Origin: Clostridia bacterium
GTDB taxonomy: Bacteria; Bacillota; Clostridia; JAAYHZ01
DNA length: 32,000 nucleotides
Direction: 5' to 3'
NCBI GenBank assembly: GCA_050950825.1
Contig: JBMNIH010000003.1
Span: forward strand, 298,376 to 330,375
Each line of letters begins with the position of its first letter. The first letter of the stretch is position 1. Positions 17,464 to 28,139 of the stretch are shown here, piece after piece. The notes beneath the pieces are model-generated. The model had not been told where the DNA came from, made no database searches, and saw nothing but the letters and a program-made list of their open reading frames with translations. The translations under genes were made by a program, and so were the position numbers.

Positions 17464-18711
17464 ATGACGAGTAATCATCGTACAGCTTTGGAAAAAGTCC
17501 GACTAGGTGTCATCGGATTAGGCGGAAGAGGAAGCGGATTGCACGGATTGCTATTAAACATGGATGACGTCGAGGTTCCGGCCATATCCGATGTTTACGA
17601 GGACCGTATGGAAAAGAATGCGGAAGCCGCATATAAAAAAAGGGGCGTAAGGCCTAACACCTATCAAGATTACAGAGAGTTGTTAGACAAAGAAGACTTG
17701 GACGGAGTGATTATTCCTTCTTCCTGGACTTCTCATGCGGAAATTGCCATTGCGGCCATGGAAAGCGGAAAATATGCGGCCGTCGAAGTAGGAGGGGCAT
17801 CCTCCGTCCAAGAATGCTGGGATTTGGTTCGTACATCGGAACGTACCGGAAAGCCTTGCATGATGCTGGAAAACTGCTGCTACGGCCGTGAAGAAATGAC
17901 TCTGTTGAACATGATCAAAAAGGGATTGTTCGGCGAAATCATACACTGCCAGGGAGGTTACGAACACGACTTAAGGCACGAGGTCTCCCACGGCCTTATA
18001 AACCGCCATTATCGGTTCCGAAACTACCAAAACAGAAACGGCGAAGTTTATCCCACCCATGAACTGGGTCCTATTGCCAAGTACCTAAACATCAACAGAG
18101 GAAACCGCTTTTTGTCCTTGACCTCCATGTCTTCGAAGGCAAGAGGTCTTCACGAATACATTGTTAACACCATGGGACCGGAGCACCCCTTGGCATCGGT
18201 CCAATTCACACAAGGCGACATCGTGACGACCATGATCAAATGCGCGCACGGCGAAACCGTATTTCTCATTCACGATACCACCCTGCCTCGTCCCTACTCC
18301 AGAGGAGGACGCGTACAGGGAACAAAGGGTATATGGATGGAAGACAACCAATCCATACATTTTGACGGCATAACGCCCCATGAACAATGGGAGCCTTTTA
18401 AAAAATACTTGGAAGAATACGAGCATCCTCTTTGGAAATGGTACAGAGAAGAGGGCGTTCAGGGCGGACACGGCGGCATGGACTATTTGGTGCTTCGAGC
18501 CTATGTGGAAAGCATAAAAAATCAAACCGATACTCCCATCGATGTGTACGACACCGCAACATGGATGGTTATAACCTGCTTGTCGGAAGATTCGGTTGCT
18601 ATGGGCAGCATGCCCGTTCCCATACCCGACTTTACCAACGGAAAATGGATTGACCGAAAGGAACCGAAGCCTTGGAAATATTCCTTGGACGTGATTCCGG
18701 AGACGATATAA
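17464..18711 (+). CDS. Gfo/Idh/MocA-fold protein resembling GH109 NAD-dependent glycosidases
   Basis: N-terminus VRLGVIGLGGRG Rossmann motif. The central block MMLENCCYGREEMTLLNMIKKGLFGEIIHCQGGYEHDLR resembles the GH109 signature region as I remember it. No signal peptide. Confidence 0.55.
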   Translation: MTSNHRTALEKVRLGVIGLGGRGSGLHGLLLNMDDVEVPAISDVYEDRMEKNAEAAYKKRGVRPNTYQDYRELLDKEDLDGVIIPSSWTSHAEIAIAAMESGKYAAVEVGGASSVQECWDLVRTSERTGKPCMMLENCCYGREEMTLLNMIKKGLFGEIIHCQGGYEHDLRHEVSHGLINRHYRFRNYQNRNGEVYPTHELGPIAKYLNINRGNRFLSLTSMSSKARGLHEYIVNTMGPEHPLASVQFTQGDIVTTMIKCAHGETVFLIHDTTLPRPYSRGGRVQGTKGIWMEDNQSIHFDGITPHEQWEPFKKYLEEYEHPLWKWYREEGVQGGHGGMDYLVLRAYVESIKNQTDTPIDVYDTATWMVITCLSEDSVAMGSMPVPIPDFTNGKWIDRKEPKPWKYSLDVIPETI

Positions 18712-18731
18712 AAGATTATTTAAGTGAATGA

Positions 18732-18757
18732 AAGCCGGGCTTTGAAGCCCGGCTTTT
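18732..18757. terminator. Bidirectional terminator between convergent genes
   Basis: AGCCGGGCT-ttga-AGCCCGGCT followed by TTTT. Confidence 0.75.
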
Positions 18758-18782
18758 CCGTATCATTTCTTACGTTTTACCG

Positions 18783-19346
18783 TTATTTATTTTCATCCTC
18801 TTTGTATCGGTTGTAAAACAGCATGGATTCCAAAGGTTTTCTTTTTTTGGTACCTTCCTTTTGCCCTCCCTTTTCATAACCGAGGGTGCAAAGCAAGCCG
18901 ATCCTTCTGTTTTTCGGAATACCCAAAAGCTCCTTTATTTTGCTTTCGTTAAAATACCCGATGATACAGGTACCTAAACCCAGCGCAGCGGCTTGCAAGC
19001 AGAAATGACCCATGGCCAAACCGGTATCAATATGGTTATAATCCCTGTCCGTCAACATGGACCCGATGGACGATTGGATATTGGTTTTCTCCATCACTTG
19101 GACAACAATCACCGGCGCCGTTCGAACGAACTTGTTCATGCTTCCCACGGGAGGCACGCACTGCTCCGCTACCTTTTGTACCAAATCCCGGTCCTCCACC
19201 ACGATAAAAGACCAAGGCTGGGAGTTGCATGCGGAAGGAGCCAACCTTGCCGCCTCGATACACTTTTCGATTAACGATGGATCCGGCTTTTTATCTTCAT
19301 ATTGTCGTACGCTTTTTCTTAATCGAACTAAAGTTTCAAAATCCAT
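18783..19346 (-). CDS. Nitroreductase family protein
   Basis: RKSVRQY..., APSACNSQPW, and a glycine-rich C-terminal part typical of NfsA/NfnB-like FMN nitroreductases. GGAGG lies upstream. Confidence 0.75.
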   Translation of the reverse strand: MDFETLVRLRKSVRQYEDKKPDPSLIEKCIEAARLAPSACNSQPWSFIVVEDRDLVQKVAEQCVPPVGSMNKFVRTAPVIVVQVMEKTNIQSSIGSMLTDRDYNHIDTGLAMGHFCLQAAALGLGTCIIGYFNESKIKELLGIPKNRRIGLLCTLGYEKGGQKEGTKKRKPLESMLFYNRYKEDENK

Positions 19347-19389
19347 ACCTGCACCTCCGTTTAACTGTCGTATCTTTATTATCTTACCC

Positions 19390-20787
19390 TTACTCCGGCT
19401 TTATTTCAACCTCGGAAATCCACACAAAGTCCACATTTAAACGGTAGGACAAGTCTTTGTACTCTTCCATGCCGGTCAGATGAACGAAAACAGATCCCGA
19501 TTGCTCCTCTAAATCCCATTTTTCTTCATAAGCGGACTGGCTTACGCCCGTATACTTTCCTAACAAGCCCTTTCTCACATCGAAGGTAGGATCCACACGC
19601 AATACGTATTCTAGGCTTTCCGGCAGAATCTTTTTCGCGTCAAAATCCATTCGAATACAAGGATATTCATTGAAGTCCTCCGGAAGTACGGAGCTTCCTT
19701 TCGGAACCAAGGCGGCGGATTTTACGGTTACGGTGTGGTCTCCCAGGTCAAAGGCTTCCCGGATATCCGTCGTCCGGCCTTCCTTCGGCATCTTCATCTT
19801 AAATTCTTTCTCCAAGCTTCGTTTATAAAATACATAGGGGACGAAAACCGTTAAATGATCTTTGTCTTCAGGTATGCTAAAGTAAAAGGTATTTCGTTCG
19901 GCATGATTTTTTTGTGCCGAATCTTGGTCCGGCAAATAGGTATGACCCTCCGAGTCCATGATTCGAACCGATTCGGAGAAAACATCCTTTTCGTCACTAT
20001 AGGGAGCAAAACGGATATTTCGGATATCCTTCGGTGCAATCGTGCTCAATTGAAGCCGAACCGTCCGGCCCTCTCTTGTCATGTGGGCAAAGACATGAAT
20101 ATTTCCCATCACGGCGAAATTTCCCATATCTTCGAGCTCGGATCCGGTAAAAGCTTCCGTCAATGCGACGGTTAATTCCTGTTCGAAGCCGTCTAAAGCA
20201 AATGTAATCCGGTCTTGACGGGATACTTCATCCGGCAGGTCGTAATAGGCGGTAAGTGAATAGGTACCGTCTGCGGGATCCGCCCCGGTTAAGATAGAGC
20301 TCACCGAAGCAATTTTCGTTTCTCCGTAGAGAATCGAAAGCTTCGGATTGATTTCCCCGGAATGGAACTTCAAAAGATCCTTTCCCGTAATGTCCGACAA
20401 GCCTACATTCGTTTTCACATATACCGTCATGCGATTTCCTTGCAAAACAACGGTGCCGATGGTGACGTATTCTTTTCCTACCTTTCGGGTTACGGGTTCA
20501 GCCAATACTTTTACCGGTATGCCGTTTTCTTCGTTTTCAACTACACCAATGCCGGGTATGAAGGAAAATATCCTTTTACACAACGCATTGACCGGGCTCC
20601 CGGGTATAAATACCGACAAAAGTGACACAAGCAAAAGTATGGCTGCAACGCTTTTTACTCCTTGTACGATTCGATATCTTTGTATTTTTCTTTTCGCTTT
20701 TCGAACCGCAGCAGACTTTAATTGATCTTCAACCGAATAATTTTTCGGGTCCGTTTTTTCGGTAAACCGGTCCAAATGTCGATCCAT
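19390..20787 (-). CDS. Putative membrane-anchored anti-sigma factor (short cytoplasmic N-terminus, one TM helix, ~390-aa extracytoplasmic domain)
   Basis: The start overlaps the sigma stop (TAATG). It has one hydrophobic segment, VAAILLLVSLLSVFIPG. There is no recognisable enzymatic motif. The call is made from genomic context. Confidence 0.5.
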   Translation of the reverse strand: MDRHLDRFTEKTDPKNYSVEDQLKSAAVRKAKRKIQRYRIVQGVKSVAAILLLVSLLSVFIPGSPVNALCKRIFSFIPGIGVVENEENGIPVKVLAEPVTRKVGKEYVTIGTVVLQGNRMTVYVKTNVGLSDITGKDLLKFHSGEINPKLSILYGETKIASVSSILTGADPADGTYSLTAYYDLPDEVSRQDRITFALDGFEQELTVALTEAFTGSELEDMGNFAVMGNIHVFAHMTREGRTVRLQLSTIAPKDIRNIRFAPYSDEKDVFSESVRIMDSEGHTYLPDQDSAQKNHAERNTFYFSIPEDKDHLTVFVPYVFYKRSLEKEFKMKMPKEGRTTDIREAFDLGDHTVTVKSAALVPKGSSVLPEDFNEYPCIRMDFDAKKILPESLEYVLRVDPTFDVRKGLLGKYTGVSQSAYEEKWDLEEQSGSVFVHLTGMEEYKDLSYRLNVDFVWISEVEIKPE

Positions 20788-21311
20788 TAGGATTCCTCCC
20801 TTTCCATGAATTCCTTCAGTTTTTCTCGTCCTCGTTGGATTCTTTTATACACGTTGTCGGCGGAAAGCTGCATCACAGAAGCTATATGCTCCACGCTTTC
20901 TCCCAAAACAAACCGTCTGTAAAAAACTTCACCGTATTCCGGAGGAAGCTTTTGCAGCAGCTCCAATACGTCCAAATAATCTTCTTTTCTTTTCGGACCT
21001 TCGATGTTTAGGATGCTTTCAATGGGAACGGTAGCTAACAATTTTCTTTTTTTCCGAACGTAATCCGTTATGCATCCTTTGGCTAACAAAACCAGCCATG
21101 TTTTAAAAGAGGACTTTTTCTCGTCATACCTTCGTATTTTTCTCCATACATGAAACAGAACGTCGCCGATGCATTCCTCCAAGTCTTCTTTATCGACAAT
21201 ACCGATATTTTTAGCCATGTACACCAGAAGGCCGCCGTAATGATTCATTAAGGCCGATATTCCTTTGTCCGATTCTTTTTTGAGCCATTCGACAATAATT
21301 CGATCTTCCAT
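20787..21311 (-). CDS. ECF-type sigma-70 family RNA polymerase sigma factor
   Basis: 174 aa. Region 2 (DLEECIGDVLFHVWRKIRRYD..FKTWL) and a region 4 HTH (ESVEHIASVMQLSADNVYKRIQRGREKL). Confidence 0.8.
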   Translation of the reverse strand: MEDRIIVEWLKKESDKGISALMNHYGGLLVYMAKNIGIVDKEDLEECIGDVLFHVWRKIRRYDEKKSSFKTWLVLLAKGCITDYVRKKRKLLATVPIESILNIEGPKRKEDYLDVLELLQKLPPEYGEVFYRRFVLGESVEHIASVMQLSADNVYKRIQRGREKLKEFMEREES

Positions 21312-21397
21312 AAATCCACCTTCCGACTAATTATCCGAAGGAAAACCCGGTTATTGGACACGAGAAATAAATTTTTTTACCGAAAAAAACGAATATG

Positions 21398-21427
21398 AAA
21401 AAAACGGACCGAAATTCATCGATCCGT
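21398..21427 (-). terminator. Terminator after eno
   Basis: Minus strand reads ACGGATCG-atgaattt-CGGTCCGT followed by TTTTTTT. Confidence 0.65.
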
Positions 21428-21468
21428 CTTGTTATATTCCTCATGAAGGTATTTGGCCTTTATTCGGA

Positions 21469-22815
<1,347 letters not shown>

Positions 22816-24756
22816 TTAATATTTTACGATAGCCGTAAAATCTTTTACCTTCAGACTGGCGCCGCCCACCAATCCGCCGTCAATGTCGGACATTTCAAAC
22901 AATTCCTTCGCATTATCCGGTTTCACGCTTCCGCCGTATTGAATGATGATTTCATTGGCAACGGCTTCTCCGTACAATCCTTTAACGGTGTCACGAATGA
23001 TGGCGCATACTTCGTTTGCTTGTTCGCTTGTTGCGGTCTTACCGGTACCGATGGCCCAGATGGGTTCATAGGCGATAACGGTATCTTTTACTTGTTCCGC
23101 GGTCAAGCCTAACAAAGCGATTTTGACTTGGTATCTAACCAAATCTTCCGTAACTCCTTGCTCTCTTTGTGTTAAGGATTCGCCTACGCAAACAATGGGT
23201 TTCAAGCCGTATTTAAAAGCGGCGTGAACTTTCTTGTTCACCGTTTCGTCGGTTTCGGCAAAATATTGTCTTCTTTCGGAGTGACCGATAATCACGTATT
23301 CCACGCCCATTTCTTTTAGCATAGGTCCGGATACTTCGCCGGTGAAGGCACCGCTTTCTTCAAAGTACATATTTTGAGCCGCAATCTTAATGTTACTGCC
23401 TTTCGCCGCTTCGATGGCTTTTTGCAAGCACACAAAGGGAACGGCGCATGCAACTTCCGCTTCCGCGTCCTTTAAGGTTTCTTTCAAAGCGGTGATGAAT
23501 TCAAAGGTCTCATTGGGAGTTTTGTTCATCTTCCAGTTGCCGGCTATGAATTTCTTACGAGCTTTTTTTTTATCCATCAATGCGGCAATACCCGGCAGTT
23601 CGATTCCTTCCAAGAATTCCAAAGATGCGCCGCCGCCGGTAGAAATATGGGTAATTTTATCGGCAAAGCCTAATTGTTCAACGGCTGCAGCCGAGTCTCC
23701 CCCGCCGATAATGGAAATGGCATCGGATTCAGCCACCAAGCTTGCAACGGCTTTCGTGCCTTCCGCAAAGTTGGGCATTTCGAATACGCCCATAGGACCG
23801 TTCCAAATAATGGTTCCTGCAGGCTTAATGTATTTTGCGAAAAGATCAACGGTGGCGCTGTCGATATCCAATCCCATCCAATCGTCCGGAATGCTGCCTT
23901 GGAATTCTTTGATTTCCGTATCGTTCTTAAATTCCTTCGCCGCTTTGCAGCCTAAAGGCAGAACCAAATTAACGCCTTTTTGTTTCGCTTCTTCAACCAA
24001 GCTTTTTGCCAATTCCAATTTGTCATCTTCGCAAATGGATTTACCGATGTTTCTGCCCAACGCTCTTTCAAAGGTATAGGCCATTCCTCCGCCGATTAAG
24101 ATGGTATCCACTTTATCCAACAAATTTCGAATAACGCCAATCTTATCCGATACCTTGGCACCGCCCATAATGGCTACAAAAGGTCTCTTCGGTTTTTCCA
24201 AAGCTTTGCCCATTACGGCAATTTCTTTTTCAATTAAGAAGCCGCAAACGGCGGGAAGATAATCGGCAATACCGGTAGTCGAAGCATGGGCTCTGTGAGC
24301 CGTACCGAAAGCGTCGTTGACATAAATATCGGCCATAGAGGCTAATTTCTTGCAGAATTCCGGATCGTTTTCTTCTTCTTCCTTATGGAAGCGAACGTTT
24401 TCCAGCATAAGGACTTCGCCTTCCTTTAAAGCGCTCGCTTTCGCGAAAGCATCCTCGCCGACAACATCTTTCGCTAAGATAACTTCTTGTCCTAAAAGCT
24501 CCGATAAACGAACGGCCGTAGGCTTTAAGCTGTACTTATCCGTAAATTTTCCCTTCGGTCTTCCTAAGTGAGACATAATAATGACCTTCGCCTTGTTGTC
24601 AACAAGGTATTTGATAGTAGGAACGGCGCTTCGGATTCGTTTATCGTCGGTAATATTCAATTCGTCATCCAATGGAACGTTAAAATCAACACGTACTATG
24701 ACTTTTTTACCCGCAACATCAATATCCTTAACGCTCATCTTATTAAAAGCTGACAT
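22816..24756 (-). CDS. pgk: Bifunctional phosphoglycerate kinase / triosephosphate isomerase fusion
   Basis: The N-terminal ~400 aa is PGK ([21 protein letters not shown]..., LPGIAAL). The C-terminal ~250 aa is TIM ([36 protein letters not shown]). It is one uninterrupted frame. The start is taken at ATG 24756 (GGAG 8 nt upstream) rather than GTG 24765. Confidence 0.85.
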   Translation of the reverse strand: MSAFNKMSVKDIDVAGKKVIVRVDFNVPLDDELNITDDKRIRSAVPTIKYLVDNKAKVIIMSHLGRPKGKFTDKYSLKPTAVRLSELLGQEVILAKDVVGEDAFAKASALKEGEVLMLENVRFHKEEEENDPEFCKKLASMADIYVNDAFGTAHRAHASTTGIADYLPAVCGFLIEKEIAVMGKALEKPKRPFVAIMGGAKVSDKIGVIRNLLDKVDTILIGGGMAYTFERALGRNIGKSICEDDKLELAKSLVEEAKQKGVNLVLPLGCKAAKEFKNDTEIKEFQGSIPDDWMGLDIDSATVDLFAKYIKPAGTIIWNGPMGVFEMPNFAEGTKAVASLVAESDAISIIGGGDSAAAVEQLGFADKITHISTGGGASLEFLEGIELPGIAALMDKKKARKKFIAGNWKMNKTPNETFEFITALKETLKDAEAEVACAVPFVCLQKAIEAAKGSNIKIAAQNMYFEESGAFTGEVSGPMLKEMGVEYVIIGHSERRQYFAETDETVNKKVHAAFKYGLKPIVCVGESLTQREQGVTEDLVRYQVKIALLGLTAEQVKDTVIAYEPIWAIGTGKTATSEQANEVCAIIRDTVKGLYGEAVANEIIIQYGGSVKPDNAKELFEMSDIDGGLVGGASLKVKDFTAIVKY

Positions 24757-24820
24757 ATCTTTCACTCCATTTATATAAATTTCAACAAGGAATCGATTTT
24801 ATTAAATACTCAAAAGACCC

Positions 24821-24844
24821 GGAATCTCCGGGTCTTTGATTACA
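24821..24844 (-). terminator. Intra-operon hairpin or partial terminator between gap and pgk-tpi
   Basis: Minus strand reads GACCCGGA-gat-TCCGGGTC followed by TTTTG. Confidence 0.5.
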
Positions 24845-24903
24845 ATTTTGATCAATGAAAGTTTCCCGGCAATACAATTGAACACGGGCAAAACGATTCA
24901 AAC

Positions 24904-25932
<1,029 letters not shown>

Positions 25933-25990
25933 CTATGTAAAGTACTAGCTAATATTGTATACAAATTTGCTCAATTGATACACTGGTTTT

Positions 25991-26015
25991 GCATAAAAAT
26001 CCGCTTAATATCGGA
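25991..26015 (-). terminator. Terminator after the GH36-like gene
   Basis: Minus strand reads AATCCG-atattaag-CGGATT followed by TTTA. The stem is short. Confidence 0.45.
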
Positions 26016-26085
26016 TTATGCCATATGTATTTTATACCAACAGCGAAAGATTTTCAATGATTTTTGTTGTTTTTATAACAAAGAT

Positions 26086-28047
26086 CTATTGAATTACGTA
26101 CTTCAGCAGAACAAAGGATCTCGGTTTGCTCATGGATATTTCCAAACCTTCTTGATTATAGGAAAACTTCGCATCGCCGTCACTGCACAATTCTTCAAAG
26201 CATAAAGTCGCATCGCCGATTCCGTGAAGAGCATATCGGAAGCAATCCTCCTTGCTGTTTTCTCTGAATAGCAAAAGGTATCCCGAATCCTCCAATACAC
26301 ACTGGAATCCCGTCCATGAATAACCGTCGGGACGATTCCCGATAGGAAGGATCACCCCTTTATCCAAATCCTTTCGTATGCTCTTATGGATTTCCAACAT
26401 TTTGTTATACGTGCTCACGGTTTCTTCTTTTAAGCCGGAGCTTTCAAACCAACCTAAAGGATTGGCAAACATGGTTACGGCGAAAATATATTCCGCGGAA
26501 TAGCTCCAAGGTGCCAATTCCGTTACGTCCTCATACTTATCTTTATTCAAGAGGGGGTTTACGTACTCGATTTGCAGGAATTGAGGAGGAACGGTAAAAG
26601 ACAAATTCCATAAGTTTCTTAGAGTACTGTGGGGGAAATAGGATTTGAAGGCGGTATAGCGGTTTTCCAAGAAAATACCGCCGTACTCGAGAAACATAAA
26701 GTAGCCGCCCCGGGCATCCGCCGTCACATCCAAGTTAAAGGTAATTTCACCGCCGCTTTTTTCTCTTAAAATGCGCATCATTTCTTCAAAGTTTTCTTCC
26801 GCTTCCTTGCTTCGGTTTTGGAAAGCGTCCAGCTTGAAGCATTTGATGTCATATTCCTTATACATCCTGAAAAGAATTTCCGCCGCTTCCTCCACGTTTC
26901 GGTACAGCCGATTGCGGTCGGGAGCAAACCATAAGCAAAGCTCCACTCCTTTTTCTTTCGCTCTTTGGGCTACGTTTTTGAAGCCTTCCGGGAACTTGGA
27001 TTCGTCAATGGACCAGTATTCGGAAAAATCGAAGGCTTCGTTCCAAACCACCCGCACCAGTCGAGATCCTTTTTGCCATCCGTCGTCAATTTGGTATTGC
27101 TCGGCGCCGATACGTGCGGCGGCATCAATTTCATCCAAGATAAATTTTTCGCTTACATGCTCGTAGAAGGTGCGGTCTCCCCAAGGATTGATCATAGTGT
27201 AATATTTTCGTTTTCCTCCTTGGGAAAAACGGGTTTTAAGGTATTCATGGATTTTCATGTACCCTATGCTCGGATCGGTGTTAAAAACGCCTACAACGGC
27301 GGAATAGGTTTTTTGGTACCGATCGTCCCGGATTTCCACGGGCATGATGCCCCAGCTTAAAACGTCAATCCCGCAGTCATCAAAATGAAAGCTTCCCTTT
27401 GTTTCCGGACGCTCATCCATGGTGGCGGGGGCTTCCTTGATGATATAAAAGCCTTGCTTGTCCTTCTCACGAAAGCTTAAGAGGACATTTCCGGGGACAA
27501 ATCCTTCTTGGGCATTTAATACTTCGATTAACTCGGTTTTCCGGTCGGTGCGTGTCCAATAGTTGTAAACGGTTGTGTCATATTCTTTATATTCCACACC
27601 GATACGTTCGATCCAATTGTATCGAGCGTCAAACAAGACTTCGCCGTAAGGCATGTTATGGCTTTTCACCCGACAATAGGTACGAATGGCGGAGGTGCCT
27701 TCGTACAACACGGCACAGCGTTCTATAGATACGCCATGGAAAGGATCTTCCAAATGGAAGCAAACCTCCATTCGAGCCGAAGTGTAGAAATCCGCAGGAT
27801 ATTCTTTTTTTACTACATCCTTCAGCCGAAAATGATAAGGATTGTCTTTTACCATTTTCCTGTTGTAAGTCAATCCTTCATAACCGAATTCATTTTCAAA
27901 GGGCTCTTTTACGACATATTCGCATCCTGTGGTCTTATCCAATAAGGAAACGGTATGAAGGAATTTACCGTCATAAACCCAGGTCCGTTCGATAAAAGAA
28001 TTCCCTAACCGATATCGATTTTGATCTTCTACAAAATAAGTATTCAT
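26086..28047 (-). CDS. Clan GH-D glycoside hydrolase, GH36-like (alpha-galactosidase family)
   Basis: ~650 aa cytoplasmic protein with YQIDDGWQ and a CFKLDAF (KxD-type) block, as in GH27/GH36 enzymes. The start is ATG 28047. The GTG at 28107 lies in the loop of the upstream terminator. Confidence 0.55.
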   Translation of the reverse strand: MNTYFVEDQNRYRLGNSFIERTWVYDGKFLHTVSLLDKTTGCEYVVKEPFENEFGYEGLTYNRKMVKDNPYHFRLKDVVKKEYPADFYTSARMEVCFHLEDPFHGVSIERCAVLYEGTSAIRTYCRVKSHNMPYGEVLFDARYNWIERIGVEYKEYDTTVYNYWTRTDRKTELIEVLNAQEGFVPGNVLLSFREKDKQGFYIIKEAPATMDERPETKGSFHFDDCGIDVLSWGIMPVEIRDDRYQKTYSAVVGVFNTDPSIGYMKIHEYLKTRFSQGGKRKYYTMINPWGDRTFYEHVSEKFILDEIDAAARIGAEQYQIDDGWQKGSRLVRVVWNEAFDFSEYWSIDESKFPEGFKNVAQRAKEKGVELCLWFAPDRNRLYRNVEEAAEILFRMYKEYDIKCFKLDAFQNRSKEAEENFEEMMRILREKSGGEITFNLDVTADARGGYFMFLEYGGIFLENRYTAFKSYFPHSTLRNLWNLSFTVPPQFLQIEYVNPLLNKDKYEDVTELAPWSYSAEYIFAVTMFANPLGWFESSGLKEETVSTYNKMLEIHKSIRKDLDKGVILPIGNRPDGYSWTGFQCVLEDSGYLLLFRENSKEDCFRYALHGIGDATLCFEELCSDGDAKFSYNQEGLEISMSKPRSFVLLKYVIQ

Positions 28048-28053
28048 GCCCCC

Positions 28054-28082
28054 ATTATATCGAATGGCATATTTATTGACAA
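28054..28082 (-). promoter_or_regulatory. Sigma-A promoter placed for a leaderless transcript of the GH36-like gene
   Basis: Minus strand reads TTGTCA, 17 nt, TATAAT, GGGGGC, ATG. The A of the ATG is the 7th nt after the -10 box. Confidence 0.5.
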
Positions 28083-28085
28083 GAT

Positions 28086-28121
28086 AAAACCGCCTGCAGT
28101 TTAACACTACAGGCGGTTTTT
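28086..28121. terminator. Terminator after lipoprotein paralogue D (bidirectional shape)
   Basis: AAAACCGCCTG-13 nt-CAGGCGGTTTTT. Confidence 0.65.
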
Positions 28122-28139
28122 GTCTTTTTACCCTTAAGC

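Noticed and set aside
21312-21397. An ECF-type autoregulated promoter (GAAC-N16/17-CGTC-like) upstream of the sigma gene.
   Set aside because: I could not find a convincing match by eye. Only a GATAAT -10-like hexamer with a poor -35 box is present, so no promoter feature is reported.
25955-25964. The palindrome TTGTATACAA upstream of gap, considered as a Rex or CggR operator.
   Set aside because: It does not fit the Rex consensus (TTGTGAA-N4-TTCACAA) or the CggR direct-repeat operator as I remember them. A 10-bp AT-rich palindrome alone is weak evidence.
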